Made by a program: the position numbers and the translations under genes
NCBI GenBank assembly: GCA_965371855.1
Contig: CBDUZZ010000005.1
Coordinates: 28,342-92,341, forward strand
Length of the DNA: 64,000 nt
Direction of reading: 5' to 3'
DNA from: an uncultured bacterium
GTDB lineage: Bacteria; Bacteroidota; Bacteroidia; Bacteroidales; Marinilabiliaceae
Shown here: positions 10,708 through 20,119 of the stretch, piece by piece
Position numbering within the stretch: position 1 is the first letter of the stretch
Layout of the letters: every line of letters starts with the position of its first letter
Notes under the pieces: generated by a model
What the model saw: only the letters and a program-made list of their open reading frames with translations
Told to the model about the DNA's origin: nothing
Databases searched by the model: none

Positions 10708-12477
10708 TTAATTTTTCAATTTCTCACTGTACATCTCTTCCAGTTCAGCTTCATATTTTTTAAACTTATCCGATTTATACTCTGAATAGTTTATCTGCTT
10801 AAACAAGTTTATGATATTCTTAAAAAAATTCTGAACATCTTCAAAATGTTTAAAATCAAACTTTTTTTCTGTTACATCAAGAATTTTAAACAACATATAT
10901 TCCTGACGTTCCATTGAAGTAGAACGGTCTATACTATCAAACGCATCCTGCTGAAGAATTACAAAATCGATAAGTTCCGACTTCCAAAAACGTTCGTGAA
11001 AATCGATAAGAACTCCGTCATCACCAAGAATATTAATTTGTTCTTGTGCTTCTCGGCCCCTTAAAAGGATATCTTTTGCAGCAATAACACCGTCAAGCCA
11101 TTTATCACTAACATTTTCAGCATAGAATTTCTGCATTTCAGGATATTCGAGATATTTAGAATAGCTGTCAATCGAGTCGATAGCAGGGTAACGTTTACTG
11201 TCGGCACGTGCCTGTGATAAACCATAGAAACAACGAGCAGCTTTACGTGTTGATTCGGTAACAGGCTCTTTCAGATTACCTCCTGCAGGCGAAACAGTAC
11301 CAAGAAATGTAATAGAACCGGCTTGACCGTTATTAAGGTACACATAACCTGCCCGTGAATAAAAATTCGATATGATTGCTGAAAGATCCACAGGGAAAGC
11401 ATCCTGACCGGGCAACTCTTCCAAACGATTCGACATCTCTCGAAGTGCCTGAGCCCAACGTGATGTAGAGTCGGCCATTAGTAGTACACCCAGACCCATG
11501 GCTCTGTAATACTCACTGATAGCCATAGCAGTATAAACTGAGGCCTCGCGGGCAGCTACCGGCATATTTGAAGTATTAGCAATTATGGTAGTACGCTCCA
11601 TTAGTTTTCGTCCTGTACGCGGGTCATCAAGTTCAGGAAACTCTGCAAAAATCTCCACCACCTCATTGGCACGTTCTCCACATGCTGCAATAACTACAAT
11701 ATCTGCTTCAGCCTGCTTTGAAATAGCATGCTGCAATACCGTTTTACCAGTACCAAAAGGCCCGGGAATAAAACCGGTTCCACCTACTGCAAGAGGATTT
11801 AGAGTATCAATAACCCGAACACCCGTTTCAAGAGGTTTAAATGGTCTGGGTTTTTCAACATAAGCTTTTACAGCCACCTTTACAGGCCATTTTTGCACCA
11901 TAGTAACTGAAACGTCATTACCTTTACTATCAACCAACACAGCTATTTCGTCATCAACCTTGTACTGCCCCTCTTTAACAACGCTTTTTACGGTATATGT
12001 GCCTTCAAATTTAAAGGGTACCATAATTTTATGAGGCATCTCATTTTCATTTACCTCTCCCAACCAGTCACCGGCAATTACAGCGTCATCTTTTTTGGCA
12101 ATAGGTTTAAAATCCCATAATTTTTCTCGGTTTAACGGGTCTGTATAATCTCCTCTTTTCAGGAAGATTCCTTCCATTTTATCGAGATCGTTTTGCAATC
12201 CGTCATAGTTACGTGAAAGGATACCAGGCCCGAGAGTAACCTCAAGCATGTGTCCTGCAAAATTAGTTTCAGCACCAATCTTAAGTCCACGTGTACTTTC
12301 AAACACCTGTACATAAACATTCTCACCAAGGATTTTAATAACCTCAGCCATCAGGTCTGCTTCCTGATGTTTTATAAAACATATCTCATTTTGGGCTACC
12401 GGTCCGTCAACTTCAATAATGACCAGGTTTGCAATAATTCCGGTAACTTTTCCGGTTGTCTTATTTTTTTGTTCCAT
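10708..12477 (-). CDS. ntpA: V-type ATPase catalytic subunit A
   Basis: 589 aa with Walker A GPFGTGKTV and the MADSTSRWAQALREMS segment. Confidence 0.95.
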   Translation of the reverse strand: MEQKNKTTGKVTGIIANLVIIEVDGPVAQNEICFIKHQEADLMAEVIKILGENVYVQVFESTRGLKIGAETNFAGHMLEVTLGPGILSRNYDGLQNDLDKMEGIFLKRGDYTDPLNREKLWDFKPIAKKDDAVIAGDWLGEVNENEMPHKIMVPFKFEGTYTVKSVVKEGQYKVDDEIAVLVDSKGNDVSVTMVQKWPVKVAVKAYVEKPRPFKPLETGVRVIDTLNPLAVGGTGFIPGPFGTGKTVLQHAISKQAEADIVVIAACGERANEVVEIFAEFPELDDPRTGRKLMERTTIIANTSNMPVAAREASVYTAMAISEYYRAMGLGVLLMADSTSRWAQALREMSNRLEELPGQDAFPVDLSAIISNFYSRAGYVYLNNGQAGSITFLGTVSPAGGNLKEPVTESTRKAARCFYGLSQARADSKRYPAIDSIDSYSKYLEYPEMQKFYAENVSDKWLDGVIAAKDILLRGREAQEQINILGDDGVLIDFHERFWKSELIDFVILQQDAFDSIDRSTSMERQEYMLFKILDVTEKKFDFKHFEDVQNFFKNIINLFKQINYSEYKSDKFKKYEAELEEMYSEKLKN

Positions 12478-13339
12478 GGCTTAATATAAATTCTTCAGGA
12501 AATTCGTAACTATTTTCCATATCAGTTATTAATTGTTTAAATAATTTCCTACCTATTTCTTCATCAAGGCTAATCCAGCGCTCCACAATAAAAACTTTAA
12601 CTACAAAGGCCAGCACTTTCTCAATAGAAAAATAATTAAAAAAAGTGGATTCATCTAAAAACTGCCAACGCATCATGTCAAGTTTTATTTCCCTGTCTAA
12701 AAGATTAGGTATTTCATGTAATTGTATAATTGATTCCAGATTATCAATATCATTAGTAAGTCCAAAATCCCTTGCCCTGCTTTTTTTAAGGGCGTGTTCA
12801 ATGTCTCCCTCACCAATAATATCAGCAGATATATCCATGTCGAACTTCCGTCCGTTAAGAGCAGTAAGTACATTTCTCAGGTTTAATTCATGCCGGGTAT
12901 AATCACTCAGAAATTGATTGCCGAATTGTTGGAGATACTCATAATAATCGTTAGTAAGCTTTCGTTGGGCGTTCACTTTTAAAGCCTTCTCCTCAGCTTC
13001 AAAAAAGCCATCCAGAAAATCAACTATATAAACCGGCATGCTAATGTTTTCAGCTAGTTCAAATGTCTTTTTATCTGTAACCTCTTCTATCTCTTCAGCG
13101 GTAAAAATTCCATGATTATCATATACCGGCTCCTTATCATAGAGCCTGCTTAAAATATTAAGATGATCAAATGGTAGAAAGAATAAGTTCACAAGTTTAA
13201 AATCCTGCGGATGTATATCTTCCAGCAACAACTCCCTGAATGCGATGGAAGAGAACGCCAATTTACGTTCTTCCATAATCAAATCAGGTAACCCTGCAAC
13301 GAGACAATAATAGTTTCTAACCATCTTATTTATTCTCAA
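12461..13339 (-). CDS. DUF2764-family protein (occupies the subunit C position in Bacteroidota V-ATPase operons)
   Basis: 292 aa starting ...YYCLVAGLPDL..., located between E and A as in other Bacteroidota V-ATPase operons (from memory). Confidence 0.7.
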   Translation of the reverse strand: MRINKMVRNYYCLVAGLPDLIMEERKLAFSSIAFRELLLEDIHPQDFKLVNLFFLPFDHLNILSRLYDKEPVYDNHGIFTAEEIEEVTDKKTFELAENISMPVYIVDFLDGFFEAEEKALKVNAQRKLTNDYYEYLQQFGNQFLSDYTRHELNLRNVLTALNGRKFDMDISADIIGEGDIEHALKKSRARDFGLTNDIDNLESIIQLHEIPNLLDREIKLDMMRWQFLDESTFFNYFSIEKVLAFVVKVFIVERWISLDEEIGRKLFKQLITDMENSYEFPEEFILSHGTKK

Positions 13340-13937
13340 ATAACAATTCTACTGATTTAGGGCGCAGGTAGGCTTTGAAAAAATTATTAAAATCTTCTTC
13401 AGTAAAACTGATAATGTAACTATTGTCTTTAGGACCAACCCTAAATCCACCAACAAGACTCTTGTCAAATTTAACCTCAACACCATTATTAATTTCTGCA
13501 GCAAGACTATTTTTAAAAAACGTTTCAAGCTCTTTTTGATCCTTAGCAGGAAGAACAACGCCAAGGTCAAAATCACCGGTTTTTGTCCAACCCGTAACAA
13601 CAGTGAGAATAATACTTTGCAAATACTTTTTATCACCAAAAACCTCTTTCATTGTAGGTTCTACAACATTTAATGTAATAAGACCTGACACTTGTTGTTT
13701 CAAAGCACTTAAAGCCTGTGATGATGCCAGCTTCATTTCTGCCTGCATGTTTCTGTTAAACTCTTCGGCTTTTTTTTCTGCATTCTTAATTTTGTTATCT
13801 GCTTCAGTGTTAGCATTGGCTATTATCTCTTCAGCCTCTTTTTTAGCCGTTACCAATATGGCCCCGGCTTCTTCGTTGGCCTTCTGAATGCCCTCATTAT
13901 AAATCTTATCAGTTAATTCCTGAAGTTTAGTATGCAT
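13326..13937 (-). CDS. ntpE: V-type ATPase subunit E
   Basis: 203-aa protein with a long charged N-terminal helix (KKEAEEIIANANTEADNKIKNAEKKAEEF). It is the first gene of the operon. Confidence 0.8.
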   Translation of the reverse strand: MHTKLQELTDKIYNEGIQKANEEAGAILVTAKKEAEEIIANANTEADNKIKNAEKKAEEFNRNMQAEMKLASSQALSALKQQVSGLITLNVVEPTMKEVFGDKKYLQSIILTVVTGWTKTGDFDLGVVLPAKDQKELETFFKNSLAAEINNGVEVKFDKSLVGGFRVGPKDNSYIISFTEEDFNNFFKAYLRPKSVELLFENK

Positions 13938-14078
13938 AACTCTACTATATTAATTTATGATCAACTCAAAAAATAAAAAATTCAAGTGGGATAAAAATAG
14001 ACTATTATTATTTATAATACAACCATATTTCATGGTATAAACAATATTTTGTTAGAAAAAGTTCAATAAGGTTCTTTG

Positions 14079-14562
14079 TTATTTCCAATCCAACAATCGT
14101 TGTTCACCTTTAAGACTTCTTACTGTTGTGGCATCGTAAGTGATTTCCAAAACACCTTTATAACTTTCTTGATTATCTCTAACTGCAAAATACTGTATAT
14201 AAACAAATTTACCCTGAATGTTTATCCAAAAATTAGCTTCGTTACGTTCTATTAGTTCTTTAAAATGGCTGTTTTCTTTTAGGAAAGTTATGTACAGGAT
14301 GTCCTGCCGGAAATGAGCTCAAATCTTTTTGAGGAATCTTAGTTTCTATAACTTTAAAGATTTCACTTTCAATAACAGAGTGTTGATTGGTGTCGCTAAA
14401 CACTCCCTCTTCATCTAATTGCAGTGCAATATCCGATACTTCTTCGGCAGTTATTTCAGGAATATTATCTATAAACACTTTTATAAGTTTGTCAGCCTCC
14501 TCTATTTCATTTTTTGCCAACAAAGTCATTATCAGTTTAAGTAATTCTTTTTTATTTCTCAT
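14079..14562 (-). pseudogene. DUF438/PAS-family gene remnant: frameshifted and internally deleted
   Basis: Track ORF 14260..14562 ends ...FPAGHPVHNFPKRKQPF*. Shifting one nucleotide near 14285 gives LKENSHFKELIERNEANFWINIQGKFVYIQYFAVRDNQESYKGVLEITYDATTVRSLKGEQRLLDWK*, with the stop at 14079-14081. The GHPVH..F..EN and YFAVRD...GE.RLL motifs match the two ends of roughly 400-aa DUF438 proteins as I recall them. Confidence 0.6.
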
Positions 14563-14677
14563 TATATTTTTATTTAAGTAATCTTTATAAAGAACATTTA
14601 ATATCTTAAGATTGTTTCTTACAACAAATAAATAAAATTGAAAATCCTGTAATAACTTGTTTTAAGTAAATTTCAGG

Positions 14678-15973
14678 TTAAGAATTAATCGAAGTATAAA
14701 TCTCTTCGGCTTTTTCAAAAGCTTTTTCTATTTTCAGGATTAAATCTCCCGGATTTTCCAGACCAATACTCAAACGTACCAGAGATGGCGATATACCTAA
14801 ATGCTCACAGTCTTCTTCCGACACATCCACATGTGTCATTGTTGCAGGATGTTCTGCCAGGCTCTCTGTAGATCCCAGGCTAACAGCTAATTTAAACAAT
14901 TCTAGATTATTTAAAAAGGCAAACGCTTCTTTCTCTCCACCTTTTATCTCAAAAGCAATCATTGACCCTGAAGCTTCACACTGTTTTTTATATATCTTCT
15001 CCTGCCCTGAGCCAGATTCTAACAGACCCAGATAATGAAGCTTATCAACCATAGCATGAGTTGATAAATATTGTGCAACCTCCATTGCGCTTTTTGTCTG
15101 TTGCTCCATCCTAACTTTTAGGGTCTCCAAACTACGCATAATCAACCATGATGAATTGGGATCGAGCTGGCTTCCAAAGAATGTTCTCATTGCTTTTATC
15201 TGACCTACTAATTTATCACTACCAACACATGCTCCGGCAATAACATCGCTATGACCACCTATAAATTTAGTTGCTGAATATATAACCAAGTCGGCACCAA
15301 ATTTCATTGGGTGATGAAAAACCGGCCCTAAAAAGGTATTGTCAACAACCATCAAACATTTCTTATCTGCTCCAGTGAAACCATCAGACATATGTCTAAC
15401 CATATCCAGGTCTACCAATGAGTTTGTAGGATTACCCGGAGTTTCAATATATATCATAGATGGTTTTTTACCGGGAGCTTCCCGTTCTATCTTTTTCAAT
15501 ATGTCCAGTTCTTCATCTCCCGGAAAAAATTTCACCACCTTCACACCAAAAGAAGGCAATACATGATTAAAAAAGTGGTCGGTACCACCATAAACAGGTG
15601 ATGCATAAACAAACAAATCATCCGGACGAATAAATGTAAAAACAGTAGTACTTATGGCTCCCATACCACTGCTAAAGAAAGCTCCTTTTTCTGCATTGTC
15701 CCAAACTGCAAGTCTCTGTTCCAGGATATTCATATTTGGATTATCTACCCTGCTATATATCATACCTAACTCCTCACCCTCCCTCTTCTCTCTTATTCCG
15801 TATGCAATCTCAAAGAATGCTTTTCCTTCTTCAGCTGAATTAAATGCAAATGTGGAGGTTTGAAATATTGGACACTTTACAGCTCTTTGGTGATCTTTTG
15901 ATGAATAGCCCAATGACATCATATAACTTTCCGGTGACATTTTTCTGTTTTTCATAACCTTATAGTTTAACAA
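14678..15973 (-). CDS. Cys/Met-metabolism PLP-dependent enzyme, methionine gamma-lyase-like
   Basis: YSATKFIGGHSDVIAG is the PLP-lysine motif, and length is typical of the family. The true start may be an internal Met (MKNRKMSPESY...). It is divergent from an Lrp/AsnC regulator. Confidence 0.7.
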   Translation of the reverse strand: MLNYKVMKNRKMSPESYMMSLGYSSKDHQRAVKCPIFQTSTFAFNSAEEGKAFFEIAYGIREKREGEELGMIYSRVDNPNMNILEQRLAVWDNAEKGAFFSSGMGAISTTVFTFIRPDDLFVYASPVYGGTDHFFNHVLPSFGVKVVKFFPGDEELDILKKIEREAPGKKPSMIYIETPGNPTNSLVDLDMVRHMSDGFTGADKKCLMVVDNTFLGPVFHHPMKFGADLVIYSATKFIGGHSDVIAGACVGSDKLVGQIKAMRTFFGSQLDPNSSWLIMRSLETLKVRMEQQTKSAMEVAQYLSTHAMVDKLHYLGLLESGSGQEKIYKKQCEASGSMIAFEIKGGEKEAFAFLNNLELFKLAVSLGSTESLAEHPATMTHVDVSEEDCEHLGISPSLVRLSIGLENPGDLILKIEKAFEKAEEIYTSINS

Positions 15974-16171
15974 GTTTAAAGTAGAAAGCCCATAAAGTCG
16001 TTCTGTTTGTACTTTTTAGATCTAACTATTCTCACATCAAAATTACAACATATTAGGTTTATTTTCTTGTAGATTCTACTTTATTGGTATATTTTTCTTT
16101 ATTTTGTATATTTACCAGTTATTAATTTACTTGCAGGTCATTCAATAGCTTACAAACAGAAAATCATTCTA

Positions 16172-16642
16172 ATGGAAATAAAACTGGATAAAACAGACAA
16201 AAAGCTTTTAACACTTTTACAGCAGGATGCCAAACTGACAACCAAACAACTGGCACATCATCTTGAGCTAACCGTTACTCCTGTATTTGAGCGAATCAAA
16301 AAACTTGAGAAGCAGGGTGTTATATCTAAATATGTTGCATTACTTGACAAAGAGAAGATTGGTTTGAAACTTATCGCTTTCTGCAACGTTTCTATAAAAG
16401 AACACTCAAGGGAGTACATTTATCATTTTGAATCACAAATAACAAAATTTTCTGAAGTGATGGAGTGTTATCATATTGCCGGGATGCATGATTATATGTT
16501 GAAAATAGTTACCAAAAATATGGATTCATACCATGATTTCATATATAATAAACTTGCAACTATAGAAAACATAGGGAATGTACGCAGCTCCTTTGTTATG
16601 AATGAACTTAAAAACAGTACCGTTCACCAGTTAATACAATAA
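16172..16642 (+). CDS. Lrp/AsnC-family transcriptional regulator
   Basis: 156 aa. DKTDKKLLTLLQQDAKLTTKQLAHHLELTVTPVFERIKKLEKQGVI is an HTH_AsnC region, followed by a RAM/ligand domain. Confidence 0.9.
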   Translation: MEIKLDKTDKKLLTLLQQDAKLTTKQLAHHLELTVTPVFERIKKLEKQGVISKYVALLDKEKIGLKLIAFCNVSIKEHSREYIYHFESQITKFSEVMECYHIAGMHDYMLKIVTKNMDSYHDFIYNKLATIENIGNVRSSFVMNELKNSTVHQLIQ

Positions 16643-16672
16643 AATTTAATTACTTTAAGCATCTGAATATAT

Positions 16673-19600
16673 TTATTCTATAGGAAGAGTAAAATAAAAC
16701 TTAGTCCCCTTTCCTTTTTCCGATTCAACCCATATCTCGCCATTAAGTGCTTCAACTAAATTTTTGGTAATTGCTAACCCCAAACCATTTCCCCGATACA
16801 GGTTTTTATCCACATTTTCAAGCTTATAAAAACGATTAAATATCTTTTTTATCACCTTATCATCAATTCCGATACCCGTATCTTTCACAAAGAAAAGCAA
16901 TTTGTTTTTCTCTTTTATATAGCCAAACTCAACAAAACCTTTGCCAGTAAATTTTATAGCATTTCCTATCAGATTATTCAATATTTGCAGTAAACGCTGA
17001 GAATCTGTTTTAACAACAGAATCGGAATTATTATCAATATTTATAACTAACTTAACCTGCTTCTTCTCTGCAAGCTGAGTTGAACTTTCAAATAATATAA
17101 AGACATTATTAATAAGATTATAAATATCAACATCAGATAAACTAAGCTTCAGTTGTCCTGATTCGATCATAGATATATCAATAATATCATTCAAAAGATT
17201 AAGTAATGCATCACTATTTGTTCTAACCATTCTGGCAAATGATAGTCGTTCTGACTCATCGAAACCGGGAGTAGACAGAAGTTCGGAGAACCCCAAAATT
17301 GCATTCATCGGAGTTCTGATCTCATGCGACATATTCGAAAGAAAAGCAGATTTTAATTTATCTGATTCTTCAGCTTTTTGTTTTGCCAGTTCAAGTTCAG
17401 ATGTTCTTTTCTTAACTTCTTCTTCCAAACCAGCTGCAAAATGCTCCAGTTTATCTTTTTGTCGGGCAATCTCGTCGCTTTTTAATTGAATCTCATGTGT
17501 ACGGCTTTTTACAATATCCTCAAGTTTTTTCTTCTCTTTGCTAAGACGATAAGTTCTGTATTTAAAAACAAATATTACTATAAATAACAACAACAATATC
17601 TCAACGAATATCACCCATTTTTTCTTCCAAAATGGTGGTTTAACAACTATTGTAATAGACTTAACATTATCACACAAAACCCCATCTCCATTGGTAGATT
17701 TTACTTCCAGATTATAGTCTCCCGGGCTAAGGTCAACAAATGTAACAAAGTTATGTTCTCCTAACGACACCCATTCAGGTGATACAGGTAACATACGATA
17801 ATAATATTTTATTCGTTCAGCATTGGAATAATCCAAAGCCGCAAATCTGAGAGAGAACATTTTTTCCTTAGGATAGAATGAAATTTTAGATGCTGAAATA
17901 ATATTCTTTTTAAAGTTAATTTTATCAGACAAAATAGTATCACTCATCGTAATTTCTTCACCAAAAACCGACAATCCGGTAAAATATATTGGCGGAATAA
18001 ATCCGGATTTATGAATACTGTCAGGATAAAATCCTGTAACTCCATTAATACCTCCGAATAAAAAATATCCGTCATTAAGTTTTATAGCTGCAGGATTAAA
18101 CTCATTGCTCTGAAGCCCATCCTCTTCATAATAAACATCTTTAACCTTATACGTATTTTTATCAATTACTGCCAATCCCCTATTTGTTGACACCCATACA
18201 GTAGTTTCTGACTCAAGCATTCTATACACAAAAGGATTAGGCATTCCGTCCTTCACCCCAATATTCTTGATAATTACTCCTTTTTCAGAATCAAAAATTG
18301 AAATTCCTTTACTTGTTGCCAGCCAAAACTCATCATCCTTAGTTTCAAACATAAAAAAGATATCATTTGAAAGAATTTCAGTCCCCTCATCAAATCTATA
18401 CACTTTAAAATCATCAGATTCCGTATTATAAAGATTTAATCCGTCAGCCGTACAAAACCATAATCGTCCTTTTCTATCATTATATATTTGCTCTACATTC
18501 GAATTGCTAATGCTATTGGGAGTTCCATCGGCAAAATAATTAACAAATGTATTTGTTCGTGTATTAAAACGGCTTACACCATTGCTTGTTGCAATCCAAA
18601 CATTACTGTTTTGATCCTTTGCAATGTAATAAATATCATCATTTACAAGACTACCCGGATCTCCATCCTTATTGTAGTAGTGTTGCTGGGATCTGCTATT
18701 TACATTATATCTGACAACTCCGACTGATGTTGCAATCCATAAATCATTGTTTTCATCTAATGACAAATTCCAGATAGCATTATCATAACTATATTCACCA
18801 AATATTTTTAAACCAATTGTTTCAAATGTATTATCTTTTCTATTCCATAACGACAACCCATTTTCTGTTCCTATCCAAACTCTACCTTTATCATCTTCAG
18901 AAAAATCAAAAATCGAATTATCAGGGATACTCGGCTGGTTAGCCACATGATATAAGTTCGTAAAAGGTTTTCTTTTTGTATTAATCCTGACAGCACCATT
19001 ACTTATAGTACCAATCCAAACATTTTCCAAATTGTCACAATAAGAAACAAACAAGCTATTATCAGTAAATGATTGTTGATCAAAATCATTATGCTTAAAT
19101 TCTGTTATCTTCCCCTTTTTATCAATACGAATCAAACCATTGGAAACAGTCGTTATCCAATAATTTTTATTTTTATCCTTAATTACATCTCTCAAATTTT
19201 TACCTAACAGGTTAAAAAGTTCATAGTTCCCAACCTCAGGATCAAAAACAAAAAGACCGGCTTTTGTTGCTAATAGCATAAAACCATCTTCATACTCAAC
19301 AATAGATCTAATATAATTCCTGCTAATAAGATTTTCACTTGAAACATTATTCTGATAAAATTTATAACTGCCATCAACCTGACTAAGCTTAAGCAATCCC
19401 CTGCCATTTGTTCCCACCCATAGATTGATATCATTATCCACAAATAATGAAAGAGCATTTAATCTTGACATAATATCCGTAGAATCATGTTTAAAAGGGT
19501 AATTGTGGAAAGTTTCCTTTTCAGGATTAAATCTTGAAACACCTTTATCTGTAGCTATCCAAACTGTTGTATCATTAACATACAATATAGCATTAAGATA

Positions 19601-19996
19601 ATTATCGATGATAGAAAGCGAATCATTCTTTTCATAATATTTAAACTTATTATTACTCAAATTTAAAACATTAAGTCCTCCTCCGTATGTAGCAATAAAC
19701 ATCTTATCATGCTTATCTCCGTCTAACCCCGTGATTGTTCCATGAGAAATTGATTTAATACTATCATCCTTAACATAAGGCAGGAAAGCCTTTATTGATC
19801 GGCCATCGAAACGATTAAGTCCGTCAAACGTACCAAACCAGATAAAACCTTTGCCATCCTGATATATTGAAAGAACAGTTGATTGGGTCAATCCATCTTT
19901 AATGCTAATACTTTTAAAGTCATACTCTGAAATCTGTGTATAACCTATATGCCCCATCAACATCAACAATACTACCAACAACTTGAAATTCATCAA
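16673..19996 (-). CDS. Sensor histidine kinase with periplasmic two-component-regulator propeller repeats and a Y_Y_Y domain (no receiver or DNA-binding domain)
   Basis: 1107 aa: signal peptide, repeated ...W(I/V)(G/A)T..G(L/V).R(F/Y)... propeller units, one TM segment, coiled coil, H-box [18 protein letters not shown] and G-box [24 protein letters not shown]. Confidence 0.85.
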   Translation of the reverse strand: MMNFKLLVVLLMLMGHIGYTQISEYDFKSISIKDGLTQSTVLSIYQDGKGFIWFGTFDGLNRFDGRSIKAFLPYVKDDSIKSISHGTITGLDGDKHDKMFIATYGGGLNVLNLSNNKFKYYEKNDSLSIIDNYLNAILYVNDTTVWIATDKGVSRFNPEKETFHNYPFKHDSTDIMSRLNALSLFVDNDINLWVGTNGRGLLKLSQVDGSYKFYQNNVSSENLISRNYIRSIVEYEDGFMLLATKAGLFVFDPEVGNYELFNLLGKNLRDVIKDKNKNYWITTVSNGLIRIDKKGKITEFKHNDFDQQSFTDNSLFVSYCDNLENVWIGTISNGAVRINTKRKPFTNLYHVANQPSIPDNSIFDFSEDDKGRVWIGTENGLSLWNRKDNTFETIGLKIFGEYSYDNAIWNLSLDENNDLWIATSVGVVRYNVNSRSQQHYYNKDGDPGSLVNDDIYYIAKDQNSNVWIATSNGVSRFNTRTNTFVNYFADGTPNSISNSNVEQIYNDRKGRLWFCTADGLNLYNTESDDFKVYRFDEGTEILSNDIFFMFETKDDEFWLATSKGISIFDSEKGVIIKNIGVKDGMPNPFVYRMLESETTVWVSTNRGLAVIDKNTYKVKDVYYEEDGLQSNEFNPAAIKLNDGYFLFGGINGVTGFYPDSIHKSGFIPPIYFTGLSVFGEEITMSDTILSDKINFKKNIISASKISFYPKEKMFSLRFAALDYSNAERIKYYYRMLPVSPEWVSLGEHNFVTFVDLSPGDYNLEVKSTNGDGVLCDNVKSITIVVKPPFWKKKWVIFVEILLLLFIVIFVFKYRTYRLSKEKKKLEDIVKSRTHEIQLKSDEIARQKDKLEHFAAGLEEEVKKRTSELELAKQKAEESDKLKSAFLSNMSHEIRTPMNAILGFSELLSTPGFDESERLSFARMVRTNSDALLNLLNDIIDISMIESGQLKLSLSDVDIYNLINNVFILFESSTQLAEKKQVKLVINIDNNSDSVVKTDSQRLLQILNNLIGNAIKFTGKGFVEFGYIKEKNKLLFFVKDTGIGIDDKVIKKIFNRFYKLENVDKNLYRGNGLGLAITKNLVEALNGEIWVESEKGKGTKFYFTLPIE

Positions 19997-20119
19997 AATA
20001 ACTTTATTTCCAGATTTAAAATTAAAAAGGTATACGTATAATTAATAAATTAGTTGTAAAAACTAACTCCATAATGCTAAGCGTCTGTTCTCATCTATAA
20101 AAAAGCAAACTATTCCGAA

